A DNA stretch of 64,000 nucleotides from Mobula hypostoma (Eukaryota): NCBI RefSeq assembly GCF_963921235.1, contig NC_086109.1, positions 25,298,001-25,362,000 of the forward strand, written 5' to 3'. The notes below the pieces were generated by a model, which did not search any database, was not told the origin of the DNA, and saw only the letters and a list, made by a program, of their open reading frames with translations. Positions 12,161-24,835 of this stretch are shown here, in pieces (positions within the stretch are counted from its first letter, which is position 1; each line of letters begins with the position of its first letter). A program made the translations under genes and the position numbers.

Positions 12161-14001
12161 AAGTCCTCTAAAACCCCATTGGGAGCAAAGATGAACCATT
12201 GTCACTGTCCTCTCCCATGCCAACATTCCCATCATTAAGTCTCTGCTCCTTATTAATCTGTGGTCCACACTGTCCATGTGCCTCATCTCATACATCTGAA
12301 CTATGTACTCTACCCAGACCAAAGATAGCTTGAAAGTCTTATTGAAAATACGTAATGTCCTCACTGATGCACAAGTCCATATTGGCACAATATGAAGAAG
12401 GGGCTTCTGGGAAGGCATTCAGCACCTCGAGTCTCCCCAATGGGAGCACCAGAGGCCATGCAAAAAAAGGGTCAGACTGGACATTATTTGAAACAACCCA
12501 TCCACCAGCCCATCTAGTATCGCCTGCCTTACCCAGAGTACAGTCTGCACACCCCACTCCGAATTCTTCATCTGTCTCTGAGCCCACAGAATAGCCCTTG
12601 ATTCTGCAGGATGACCACCACAATAGGTCACCAGCAGATGCAAATTCTCTGACTCTTCACTCTCCTCTAGACCATCTGGACAACATAAATTAATTCATCA
12701 GTGAGCTGTTCAATGCCTGTAGCACAGTGTTCAACACAATATTCCCATTAAAACTTATCATCAACTTTCAAGACTTGGCCCTCTGTAACTGGATACTTGT
12801 CGCACTCATCGGCAGATCTCAATCAGTGAGGATTGATAACAACATCTCCTTGCTGACTATCAGCTTCCCTAGATGTGTGGTGGAGAGTACATTGACTGGC
12901 TGCATCACAGCCTGGTATGGATACACCAACGTTCTTGAACGGAAAATCCGACAAAAAGTAGTGGATACGGCCCAGTCCATCATGGGTAAAGTCCTTCCCA
13001 CCATTGAGCCCATCTACACAGAGCGTTGGCGCAGGAAATCAGCATCCACCGTCAAGAACCCTCCCCACCCAGTCATGTTCACTTCATGCTGCTGCCATCA
13101 AAATGAAGGCACTGGAGCCCCAGGACTCCCACTACCAGGTCTGGCAACTATCGGGCTCTTGAACCAAAGGGGATAACTTCACTCAACTTCACTTGCCCTG
13201 TCATTGAACTGTTTCCACAACCAATGGACTCACTTTCAAGGCTCTTCAACTCATGTTCTCAATACTTATTGCTTATTTATTCATTATCATTCTTTCTTTC
13301 TTTTTGTCTTTGCACACTGATTGAATGCCCAGATGGTGTGGTCTTTCATAGTTACTATTCTATTATGTATTTATTGACTGTGCCAGCAAAAAAAAATGAA
13401 TCTCAGGCTTGTATATGGTGACATATATGTACTTTGATAATAAATTTACTTTGAACTTTGAACACAAGGCTGCATGCCTAGCCCTCTGCTGTACTCTCTG
13501 TACACATATAACTGTGTGGCTAAGCACAGCTCTAGTGTCTTATTAAAATTTGCCAATTGCACTACTGCTGTTGAACGAATCATAAGTGGTGAAGAGTCAG
13601 AATACCCGAGCGAGATAGTGCACTAGTTACACTAGTTTGGTAATGCATTAACAACAATTTCTCCCTCAATGTCAGCAAAACTAATGAGCTGATTGCAGAT
13701 TTCAGGAAAGGGAAAGGGTGTGAATATGCGCCCGTCTGTATTGGAGGATTGACAGTGGACAGAGTCAACAGCTTTAAATTTCTTGGCATTACCATACCAG
13801 AAAACCTAACCTGGGTCAAGCACGTAGATGCAATCGTAAGGAAAGTGTACCAGCATCATTCAAAAGAGGGTAAAGAGATTTGCTTGTCATCGAACACTCT
13901 TACAAACTTTGACAGATGTAAATTGAAAGTATGCTGACTGGTTGCATCACGATCTGGTATGATAATTCAAATGCACAGAAAGTAAGATGCTGCAAAGAGT
14001 G

Positions 14002-14284
14002 AACACGAGGAATTCTGCAGATGCTGGAAATTCAAGCAACACACATCAAAGTTGCTGGTGAACGTAGCAGGCCAGACAGCATCTCTAGGAAGGGGTACAG
14101 TCGACGTTTCGGGCCGAGACCCTTCGTCAGGACTAACTGAAGGAAGAGCTACTAAGGAAGAGCTAGTCCTTACTAACTCTTCCTTCAGTGAGTCCTGCCA
14201 AAGGGTCTCGGCCCGAAACATCGACTGTATCTCTTCCTAGAGATGCTGCCTGGCCTGCTGCATTCACCAGCAACTGATGTGTGT
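14002..14284. mobile_element. Short non-coding foldback Penelope pLTR insertion nested in a Rex/Babar LINE
   Basis: Two pLTR copies in inverted orientation; TSD TGCTGCAAAGAGTG (13988-14001 / 14285-14298). Confidence 0.85.
14098..14135 (-). ncRNA. Minimal hammerhead ribozyme (intact core)
   Basis: Reverse complement reads TAGTC-CTGACGA-AGGGTCTCGGCCC-GAAA-CG-TC-GACTG. Confidence 0.75.
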
Positions 14285-14654
14285 TGCTGCAAAGAGTGGT
14301 TGACTCTGCCCAATACATCACAGGCACATTCCTCCTCACCTATAGTATCCACAGGAGGCATGACCTCAAGAAGGCAACATCATCTGCCATTTTTTTGCAG
14401 CTACCATCAGGCAGGAGGTACAAAGTGATGAAATCCCACACTATCAGGTTCAAGATCAGCTACTTCCCTTCGATCATTCAATTCCTGAACCAAATAGCAA
14501 AGACCTAATCTCCACTAGTTTAGCAAAACTATGGCCACTCTAATCACTTTGTCTTTATGTTCTAATTGTGTTTTTCTTGTAAAATTCTGTATAATTTCTG
14601 TTTATGTTATGTGCCTATGATGTGCTGTAAGCTTTTCACTGCATTAGTGTCTAC

Positions 14655-14978
14655 AAATAAATAAATAAAGGCATCCGTTAGTCTTGCGAGACCATGGATC
14701 TGTGCCTGGAAAGCCTTCACTCTCCAGGGCGCAGGCCTGGGCAAGGTTGTATGGAAGACAGGTAGTTGCCCATGCTGCAAATCTCCCCTCTCCACGACAC
14801 TGATGTTGTCCAAGGGAAGGGCATTAGGACCCATACAGCTTGGCACCAGTGTCGTCGCAGAGCAATGTGTGATTAAGTGCCCTGCTCAAAGACACAACAC
14901 GCTGCCTCGGCTGGGGCTCAAACTCACAACCTTCAGATCGCTAGTCGAATGCCTTAACCACTTGACTACGTGCCCACT
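14655..14978 (-). mobile_element. tRNA-derived SINE
   Basis: Head GTGGGCACGTAGTCAAGTGGTTAAGGC with A/B-box-like motifs and a (TTTA)n tail. A same-head SINE lies at 38031-38250 (+) with TSD ATAAGAAAA. Confidence 0.75.
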
Positions 14979-15066
14979 ACATGTACTTGCGCATATAACA
15001 ATAAACTCAACTGACCTAGACTACCTGTGAAGAAGTAGGCTAACATTACCACATTAAGTCAAAAGA

Positions 15067-15270
15067 AAATGACGAAAGCGTGCTGTGCGCAAGGCCTGAG
15101 CAGCATCCACTGCCACGACAGCACCCACCCACTTGTGTCCCACATGTGGGCGAGCCTTCAGGGCCCGGACTGGCCTCATCAGTCACCTCCGGACCCACAG
15201 CCACCAATCTCCCATTTGACTTTGAAGCCATGGTCATCTTCGACTACGAAGGACAAACAACAACAACAAC
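15067..15270 (+). mobile_element. RTE/BovB-like LINE 3' end
   Basis: CPTCGRAFRARTGLISHLRTH C2H2-like terminus, (CAA)n tail, TSD AAGTCAAAAGA (15056-15066 / 15271-15281). Confidence 0.8.
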
Positions 15271-16245
15271 AAGTCAAAAGATAAGGCAAAGTGCAAAACA
15301 TTTGCCTATGCTTACCCTGATTATTCTATTCCATATCCTCTTAAGTTGTCCTCTTTTAAGAAATATATGGCATTTACTGAACATTTTCAGGACATTCCCA
15401 GAGTTCAATAGAACATGAAATAAATAAAAAATACTGCTATTTACTGTAACCTTGTTTTTATCTTTCATTTCATGCAGTTCTGCTTTTTCACAATGGGAGG
15501 CAGAAGGGTTTATAGGAATGTTGACATTTAACTTTGTTTGTTTGCATTACAGCTTAAAAAGCTGAATATTGATTGGAACGTATCTATTAAATTGATGCAA
15601 GCTTCAATGCACTTTCAGTATGAAACCTCAGTGCTTCTGCTGTCAAGTATCTTGACCTAAGCCCTGGCAAGATGTTATATTGGCATTTTTGATCCTTTTT
15701 TTACTTGACTAACCGACAATTTAACAAATTAATTGAGTAGTGAACATTTACAGAAAGTTGCTTGATAATCTACACTAAGTGTCCACTTTATTAGATACAC
15801 CGGTACACCATATTAATGCAAATATCTAATCAGCCAATCATGTGGCAGTAGCTCAATGCATAAAAGCATGCCTGTGGGGTCAAGAGGTTCATTTGTTGTA
15901 CTGACGAAACATCAGAAAAGGGAAAAAAATGTGATCTATGTGACTCCGACAGGGGAGTGATTGTTGATGCAAATTGAGTTCAAAGTTGAATGTTCAAAAA
16001 AAAATTATCAAAGTACATATGTCACCATAAACAACCCTGAGATTCTATTTTTGTGGGCATACACAGTAAATCCTAGCAATACAATAGAATCACTGAAAGA
16101 CTGAACACAACAGGACGGACAAACAACCAATTTGCAAAAGAGGCCCCTGTACCTTGTTCCAGATGGCAGCAATGAGAAGACAGCAACACACACAAAGTGC
16201 TGGAGGAACTCAGCAGGCCAGGCAGCATCTGTGGAAAAGAGTAAA

Positions 16246-16283
16246 CAGTCGAAGTTTCAGGCCAAGACCCTTCTTCAGGACTG
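16246..16283 (-). ncRNA. Minimal hammerhead ribozyme variant in a Penelope pLTR fragment
   Basis: Reverse complement reads CAGTC-CTGAAGA-AGGGTCTTGGCCT-GAAA-CT-TC-GACTG; helix III palindrome altered. Confidence 0.55.
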
Positions 16284-19200
16284 GAGAGAAGGAGGAGAAG
16301 TAGGAGTATGAAAGTGGGGGGAGGGGAGGGAGAAGTACAAGGTGGCAGGTGATAGGTGAATCTGGGTGAAGTAAAGAGTTGGGACATGTTCCCAGGAAGG
16401 ATACGTGGCCGTAGCGGCGTATCTGGGTGAGCACATGGTCAAAGAGTCAGAGGGCCACCGAGATCATAGAGCAGTGAGAGAGAAAACAACTGAACTGTTG
16501 AAGGGAAGATTTAAACTTCTTCAGGGTTGGCATCCCTAGAAGAAACTTCGTATTTTGTGTGAGTTGCGCTGTATTTCCAGCACCTGCAGATCTTCTCACC
16601 TTTGTGACACTTATTTTGGCTAGAGTTTTGTTCACAAATATGAGTCCTTAATTGCACTGAGTTTATCTAATTCAAGCAATTAATTTCTACACAAGAGTTA
16701 ACGACATTTTAATGATAATCAAGAACATTTTGCTACAAATTTATTACACCTTAGAGATCTTCAGCATTTTTGGAAGGGCCTTAAGGTAAGAATTGGCAGG
16801 ATTTATTTAAATTACTTTGTATTGTTATGTCTTTGATCTAGAAAGGAAAATTAGTCACCCTAGAGTGGAATTAGAGACACTCACGCAGTTTCTCAGGATT
16901 GAGGATGATGTGCTTCCTCTCTGGTTTTGCAGATTCTGAGGGAGTTAAAGAGGCCATTTTGGGTATTGCAGACCCTTCAATAGATGAGGCAGGAGGTGGC
17001 TGATAGGGGAGGTGGGCGCTTGAACCACCAAGGCATAGTAGGCTATGGACCAAGTGCTGGTAAATGACATTAGTGTAGATGGTCAGCACAGACATGATGG
17101 GCCTAAGGGCCTGTTACTGTCCTTTAATAATCAATATCAATATTTATGGAGGGCTTCTGTGTTCTCCTGATTCTCAAAAGTATCCTGAATGTCCAGTAAT
17201 GAAGTGGTTAGGTTATTTAACTAGCAGCTGGTGTTCAAAACCATTAATCCATAGTCACAAGTTTGAATACCACCTAAGCAATTCATTTTAAGAATTTAAA
17301 TTTTAAAAGGCTAGCCTAAAGATAACCATAACTACCGGTTGTTATGAAACCCAACAAGCTCATTGATGTCCTTCAGAGTGGAAATCTGCTATTCTTACCC
17401 AGTCTCTGAGTGACTACATACCCGTCAGTGCAATGATACTTCACTTACCCCGGATTTCATGGACGATTAGGATTGTACAATAAATGGCAACATTGCTAGT
17501 GAAGTCCACGTTGCTTGAATGAATATACAGAAGCTCACCAAGGTTCATTGCTGACCCAACTCATATCTCAAATATAATCAGCATGCTTGCAGATGACTGT
17601 TATGGGAAATAAATTGCTTCTCCTTCCAGTGAAGAAATCCTCCCCCTTTCCTCTATTCCTCTCTCTGACCTTTCACTTCTTTTCATCTGCATATTACTTC
17701 CCCCTGGATCCCCTCCTTTCCTATCAGATTCTTTTTTCTCCAGCCCTTGACCTTTCCCACCCATCTGGCTTCACCTATCACCTCCAGCTAGCCTCTTTCC
17801 TCTCCCTGCACTTTTTTATTCAGGCACCACCCCCCCCCCGCCTCTTTCTCCTCTGTCTTGAAAAAGGGTCTCAGCCTAAACTGCTTACCCTTTCCTATAG
17901 ATGCTTCCTGACCTGCTGAGTTCCTCTAGCATTTTGTGTGAAAATTGCTTATTGGTTGGTAATATGAGTTCTGTGTTAGGACATTAACACCCAAGTCTGA
18001 GTACTCTAAGGGTTCAGTCTAGAGTTGTGAATGAACTGATGAGAAGGCAGTGTTGATTGAGTGTGTTGTTGGAAATAGTATTTTTCAGCTGCAATGTTAC
18101 ATGAAGTAATAGAATGGTTCAATCGTACAATTTCAGAAGGAATTTTGCCACAGTACCACATTTAGATAAATTGGTGATTCTTCTTGTTTATTGTTTGAGG
18201 AATCTTTCGGCTTGCAAAACGGCACCTATATTGACACAGAGCAGTACTTGCACTTAAGAAATTTACTGATTATAAAGTGATGAAATTATTAGGGCAGTAA
18301 AGAGGGACTTTTTCTTTGCACCCAATTCATGGTGGACCTACCCTGAAGTGTTCATTAGTTCATTAGGATGGAAGGAGCTTTACTCTACTAAAGACCTCTG
18401 CTGTGTCAAGGTGTGGAAGGTGAGGACTGCAATAGTGTGGGGCGTGGGTTACAAAAGAATTCACATTTGTGTCTAATAACAAAGTGCTGCTCTATTGGCA
18501 CTAGAATCACAGTCTCTAGTCCTACTAATATTTGTTGTTCATATTAGGAAGCAAAATGTCCTCCATCTGGCATTATTAAGATCCTTCACCAAACTGTGTT
18601 CACAATTAACTCATATCCTAAGAGTAATTGTAGTGATTTGATCACTGGGGAGATTTATCCTACAAGCTATTAAACGTTGATGGTTTGTTGCAGAAAATTC
18701 ACAGTTCATATTTCACGTCCACTGAATGAAATACAAGTGTAACTGCTTGTTGTCACACATTATACTATCCTTGTATCCATAGGAATTATGAGTGCATATC
18801 TGAACAAATTACACCAATTCAGCACTACAGGAAGCATGATTGGGTGCAAATGCATGTTTATCAATCCCGTACTTACAGGAATTTAAAAATCTTCAGCTCC
18901 AAGTACCTTGTCTGACGGAGTGGCTGGATTATCTGTTGTGAGCTTTAGCTCAGGCTACAAATGTAATGAAGCGTTTTGATTAAACTGATGAAAGGACATC
19001 ACTAATTGAGTCTTCTCACAGTCTCCAGAACTTCTAATAATGGGAAAGTTACACCGCTGCGGACTCTAAAGGGACATTCTGCTTTATCTAATTCTTGCAA
19101 AATAGTTGTTTTGCTGTTTTTAAAATGCTTTATAAGTGCATATTTTTGTGGTTTGTTACAAAATTTTGAGGATAAAATGACAAGCATGTAAGATTCAAGA

Positions 19201-19299
19201 TTCATTCAACTGTTTTACTCATTCAGCCAGTGTAAGTTCTACGAAGACTCAACCGACCCATTTAATCTCAGATGTTTCATGTCTGTTATGCCTTGTGTA

Positions 19300-20170
19300 C
19301 ATTTAGTGGCCACTTTAATATTGTACCTCCTGTGTGATAGATATTTGCTTCCTCCGTCAGTTTTAAATGTGATTTAAGACTTTTGTTTGCATTTAAATGT
19401 GGATCACTAAAAAAAAACTGTGTTTTAACTACTTTGTTAGGTGGAAGTATCTCCTCCTTAGTGTGGGTGAGGTGGACCCACTGCTCAAATAGTGGGATTT
19501 TGGCAGCTAAATAAACAGGGAATTGGAGTAGTTTTTGAAGCGTAGGTAGCTACAGTGAGTGTACATCTAGCTATCTATATAAATAGGGCTTAAGGTCTTT
19601 GAGTTTAGAACTTCATGGTCAGCAAACCAAATATCAGCACAACCATACCTAATAAAGTGGCCATGGAGTGTATCTTCCTGGTCTTCTGCTGCTGTAGGCC
19701 ATCTACTTCAGGTTTCGATGTGCTGAGCATTCGGAGCTGCTCCTCAGCATTCCACTGTAGTAATGCTTGGTTATTTGAGTTACTGTCACCTTCCTGTCAG
19801 TTTGAACCAGTCTGGCCATTCTCCTCTGCTCTCTCTCATTAGCAAGGTGATTTTGCCTACAGAACTGCTGTTCATTGGATTTTTTTTGTTGTTTTTCACT
19901 CCATTCTCTGTAAACTCTAGAGACTGCTGAGCGTGAAAATCCCAGATCAGCAGTTTCCGAGATACTCAAACCACACTGTCTGGCACCAGCTATCAAAGTC
20001 ACTTGGATCGCATTTCTTCCCCATTCTGATACTTGATCTGAACAATATTTGAAACTTGGCCATGATTGCGTTCTTTTAAGCATTGAGTTGCTGCCACATG
20101 ATTGGCTGATTCGATATTTGCATTATCGAGCAGGTTTACAGGTGCACCTAACGAAGTGGCCACTAATTGT
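19300..20170 (-). mobile_element. Tc1-like transposon remnant
   Basis: HTH GARQCGLSISETADLGFSRSAVSRVYREW; AGTGGCCACTT-type terminal motifs at ~19306, ~19650 and ~20155. A related left-end fragment lies at 15770-15970 (+). Confidence 0.75.
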
Positions 20171-20337
20171 ACATACATGCGTCTGCATACCCGACTAACC
20201 TTCTTAGATTCTAGATGTCCTACATGTAAACGCGTTGAACCCTTCAATTAGTTTCCAACCAGAGCACCTCATTGATTGTTTTAAAGTCCATGTACTGTTG
20301 GTCTATGCCTGATTCACTTTATTTTTTTCTCTTGCAG

Positions 20338-21262
20338 TGTATTGCTTTTGTGTCCCTCTTTTTCATTCTGTTGTCAATCACTGCCTTCTGCCTTGAGACT
20401 CATGAGGCGTTCAACAAGATTGTTAACTTAACAGAATATGTAAGAGAAGGAAACAGCACACGGATGGTGAATGTGCACGGACTGGAGACTGAGCCAGCTC
20501 TTATGTACGTGGAAGGAGTGTGTGTTGTGTGGTTCACACTGGAATTCCTGGTTCGCATTTCCTTCTGCCCTAACAAACTGCTCTTTGTCAAGAACATGCT
20601 GAACCTCATTGACTTTGTGGCCATTCTGCCCTTCTACTTGGAGCTGGCACTTCGTGGGTTGACCTCCAAGGCAGCAAGGGACGTACTGGGCTTCCTCCGG
20701 GTCGTCAGGTTTGTCCGGATTCTGCGGATTTTCAAACTGACCCGGCACTTTGTGGGACTGAGGGTACTGGGGCACACCCTGCGAGCCAGCACCAATGAAT
20801 TTCTCCTGCTCATTATCTTCCTGGCCTTGGGAGTTCTCATCTTTGCCACCATGATCTACTATGCCGAGAGGATTGGTGAAAACCCCAATAGTGTGACTAC
20901 CACTCACTTCAAGAATATCCCCATTGGCTTCTGGTGGGCAGTGGTCACCATGACGACACTTGGCTATGGTGACATGTTTCCCCAGACGTGGTCAGGCATG
21001 TTGGTGGGAGCACTGTGTGCCCTGGCTGGTGTTCTCACCATCGCAATGCCGGTGCCGGTTATTGTCAATAATTTTGGAATGTATTACTCTCTGGCAATGG
21101 CCAAACAAAAGCTGCCCAAGAAACGCAGGAAGCACATTCCCTGTGGGACACTCGCAAGGTCAATGGGACATTGCAAGGCAGATCCAAGTTCCAGGAGCAG
21201 CAGCATGCAAAGCGATAATGGGCCCTCTGCTGCTGAGCAGATAACAGAGAGAAGAAACTCAG
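20338..21262 (+). CDS. KCNC4: Kv3 (Shaw) voltage-gated K+ channel, large exon encoding S1-S6, pore and proximal C-terminus; best match Kv3.4
   Basis: Acceptor tttttttctcttgcag|TGT at 20337/20338 and donor TCAG|GTAGGA at 21262/21263 (phase 1). Protein has S4 [17 protein letters not shown], pore [15 protein letters not shown] and [14 protein letters not shown], all Kv3 signatures. Confidence 0.96.
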
Positions 21263-21534
21263 GTAGGACCTGAATCCTCAGACCTTGTCTGTAAATAAAG
21301 AGGAAAGGTTGTGCAGAATGAGAAAGTGATCTTATTGGAGACACTTAAGGTTTAGAGGAGAGCTTGAAAGAAAGAGTGGTTTCTCCTGGTGGAGAGAGCA
21401 TAGAACAAGGGAGCATAGCCTCAGAATAAAGGAGAAATTCTTCTCTTGCAGGATTGTGACTCTTTCAAATTCTTAGTCTCAAGGAGCTGTGTCAAGATGG
21501 ATAAAGTTGAACTGAAAGGCCAATAATAAAACCG

Positions 21535-22530
21535 GAAGATCTGAGTTATAAGGGAAGATTGAATAGGTTAAGACTTAATTCCTTTGAACGTAGAAGATTG
21601 AGAGGAGATTTGACAGAGATATACAAAATTATGAGGGGTACAGATAGGGTAAATGCAAGCAGGCTTTTTCCATTGAGTTTGGGTGTGACTGCAACTCGAG
21701 GTCATGGGTTAAGGGTGAAAGGTGAAAAGTTTAAGAGGAACATGTGGGGAAATTTCCTCACTCAGAGGGTCATGAGATTATGCAATGAGCTGCCAGCATA
21801 AGTGGTGCAACTGAACTCAATGTCAACGTTTAAGTGAAGTTCGGATAGGTGCATGGATGGCAGGGTTATGGAGAGCTGTGGTCTCAGAGCAGGTCAATGG
21901 GAGTAGGCAGTTTAACATAGACTAGATGGGTCAAAAGGCCTGCTTCTGTGCTGTACTTTTCAATGACTCTGTAACTCTAAAGTCTTGGTCTTGGGGTGAT
22001 CAGGCTGGAAAGTGGATGACAAAATTCGAATCAGCCATGGCCTTGTAGTATGGAGAGGCAGACTCACAAGACACATTGAATTATAGAATCATCGATTTAC
22101 ACAGCACAGAAAAGGGTCCATCGGCCCAACTGGCCCATGCCAACCACAATGCCCAATTAAGACTAGTCCCATTTACTGCATTTGGCCTGTAACCTTCTAA
22201 ATCTTTTCAATCCATGTAGCAATCCAACTGTCTTTTAAAAGTTGTTATTGTACCCACCCCCCCCAACCACTTCCTCGAGCAGCTCATTCCACACGCATAC
22301 CAACCCTGTGTAAAAATGTTGCCTCTCAGGTCCTTATTAATTCTTGCCCCACTCACCTTAAATCTATAGCCCCTAGTTCCTGGGATAAAGACTGAGTGCA
22401 TTCACCCTTTTGCCCTTCATGATTTTAGATGCCTCTATAAGATCACCTGTCAGGCTTCTACACTTCAAGAAATAAACTCCTAGCCTGTCCAGCCTCTCAC
22501 TATAACTTAGTCCCCAAATCCTGGCAGCAT
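21535..22530. mobile_element. Two CR1 3' fragments in opposite orientation (21535-21975 +, 22080-22530 -) in KCNC4 intron 2
   Basis: RRRLRGDLTEIYKIM and TQRVMRLCNELP on +; matching motifs on -. Confidence 0.8.
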
Positions 22531-23839
22531 CCTGCTCCTGTTACTTACACTGCTGTATTGTCTTGAGACTAATTCAGGATCTCTGCACTGCCCCTACCCT
22601 AATGGCTTAGAATTAGCCGAAGTGGCAAGTGGCTTGAAGTGGCTTGACTACTTCCCTGATGTTGCATTGTGTATTTTATCTCGCACGGTGCTGCTAATAT
22701 GAGCAGATAACATTATGGGGCTTGTGAGATCCTTCTCTTTAACTAAAACTTGTAAAACTAGGGAAAGCAGCAAAGTTAATAGAAAAGAAATGAAATCATT
22801 CTGGAAATACTCAGCAGTTCAGGCAACATCCACGGAGAAAGGTTTTATACTTCAGTCTGGATCTTTCATTGGAATACTGAGTTGAAATCTTAACTTGCTT
22901 CTTTTTCCACAGGCGTTGTCTTACCTGTTGTACACTATTAAGAATTAATATTCCCAGCTTTTTTTAATATTTAGCTGTGTAGCAGCGCTTAATTAGTTAA
23001 GGAAATAGAGATAGAAAGCCAAGAAATGATAATTGATTAAGAGATTGAATGGAAAGGTACTGAATGGAAAAATGAAAATCACATTAAAAATAAGTAGGTG
23101 ATTTACAAAAATGGTTCCAAGAATATTTTACAAAGAGATCGGAGAATTCACTACAGCACAGAGATAATTAAGGAGAGATCTGAGAATGTTCAAGGGGACA
23201 TTGTTTCCAGTAGCAGAACAGTCAGTAACCAAAGGACAGATTTAAGTCAATTGACCATGGATTCAGCGATAACGTTTTCTTCCCCCGCTACCAATTGATG
23301 TGAGCTGGAATTAAATTTGATAAGTACTTCAAGGAAATAAATTTACATAGAGGGAAGAAAAGAGCATAGCATTAGATGAATTGTTTGGCTCTACCAAGGA
23401 GCTAGCTGAGGTGTAATGTGCTGAATGACCTCCCTGCTATCTTGCTCTGATTCTAACAGGGAAAGGTACATCATTTTAGAATGCTGCATTGGCCCTTCAT
23501 GCGTGAATGACACATGTCCTGATAAATAGGTTACAGTGTGGGAATCCTGCATCAAAGTGTACCCATGTCCTGACATGCATGTAATATTGCATTTCTGTCT
23601 AGTCACATGTCCTGAGATATATGTTGCATTGCATTCTCACTTTGATGTTGTACACAATCTATTCATCCCCTGATGTGTCTGTGATAGTGCACCTGATGCT
23701 CTAACACTGTGTTGTCTCATAACTGATAGCACATTTCATATTGCTTTGCATTTCTTTAAATTGACTGGCCAGGATGAGGTTCTGTGATGCTTATGAGTGC
23801 AAGGTGCTGAGAGGAAATTGTGTTTGTGTGTCTTCCAAG

Positions 23840-23995
23840 ACTCAAAGCAGAATGGTGATGCGAATGTAGCCTTATCCGATGAGGAACGCATGGCACTGAA
23901 CCAGCCGTTGACACCTGATGAGAATCGAACTCTCAAGCATTCTGCCACCAAGGACAGAATCAAGAAAGGGACAGCCTGCTACTTACTGGCATCTG
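23840..23995 (+). CDS. KCNC4: KCNC4 exon 3 (DSKQNGDANVALSDEE...KDRIKKGTACYLLAS); 3' boundary uncertain
   Basis: Acceptor tgtcttccaag|AC is in phase with the upstream donor. DSKQNGDAN-LSDEE is the Kv3.4-type motif. End placed at the in-phase CTG|GTGAGT donor, although homology runs on to ~24021 (GEFACFHEG) before CR1 sequence starts. Confidence 0.85.
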
Positions 23996-24021
23996 GTGAG
24001 TTTGCCTGCTTTCACGAAGGA

Positions 24022-24835
24022 GAGCTTTGATGTACAGAGGGATTTTGGGGTCCAAGTCCATGGCTCCCTGAAAGTGGCCGCACAAGTTGATAGGGAGGTA
24101 AAGAAGGTGTCCTACCTCAGTTGAGGCCCTGATTCCAAGTGTCAGGAATTATGAAGCAGCTTTATAAAATGCTGGTTCGGCTGTATCTGGAGTATTGCAT
24201 TCAATTCTGGCCACCACACTATAGGGTGTATATCGAGGCTTTGGAGAGGCTGCAGAAGAGTTTTACCTGGATGCTGCCTGAACTAGAGGACATGTGCTAA
24301 AAGGAGAGGTTGGATAAACTAAGCAATGCACAAAAAATGCTGGAGGAACTCAGCAGGCCAGGCAGCATTTTGTGAGTGTTGTTCAGATTTCCAGCATCTG
24401 CAGATTTTCTCCTTTTTGTGGTTGGACAAACTAAGGTTGTTTTGTCTGGCACTGTGGAGGCTAAGGGGGGAACCTCATAAGAATTTGTAAAATTCTGGGA
24501 GGCATAGATAAAATAGACTGGCCACTATCTTTCTCCCAGGTTTAGGAATGTCTAATACTAAGGTGAGAGGAAAAACGTTCAAAAGAGATGTGCGGGGCAA
24601 GTTTTCCACACAGAATAGTAGGTGGCTGAAATGTTCTGCCAGGAATGGTAGGTCAGGCAGATACAATAAAATTGTTTTAGAGGCTCTTAGATACACACAT
24701 GAATATACATAGAATTTTGGGATATGGGCCATGTGCAGGGAGAAGGGAATAATATAATTAGCCTTCATTAACAATTAATTCACCAGAACATCATGGGCCA
24801 GAGAGCCTGGTCCTGTGCTGTACTGTTCTATTTTC
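24022..24835 (+). mobile_element. 5'-truncated CR1 LINE abutting or interrupting KCNC4 exon 3, with a nested Penelope foldback (24324-24419)
   Basis: DVQRDFGVQVHGSLKVAAQVDR and LVRLYLEYCIQFW are CR1 ORF2 3' motifs; tail TGTGCTGTACTGTTCTA. Nested insert has TSD GGTTGGA(T/C)AAACTAAG (24308-24323 / 24420-24435). Confidence 0.88.

Noticed and set aside
12355..12594. 79-aa ORF as a host exon
   Set aside because: Resembles a decayed RTE LINE 3' end; no convincing splice sites.
14880..14978. tRNA gene (also 38031-38105 and 45135-45205)
   Set aside because: tRNA-like heads continue into SINE bodies (tail or TSD visible for the first two); no intact cloverleaf.
20272..20337. ORF-track N-terminal extension of the Kv3 ORF
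   Set aside because: Intronic sequence containing the polypyrimidine tract and AG acceptor; the T1-domain exon is outside the window.
20400..20907. Antisense ORFs over the channel exon
   Set aside because: Shadow frames of the coding strand with no recognisable motifs.
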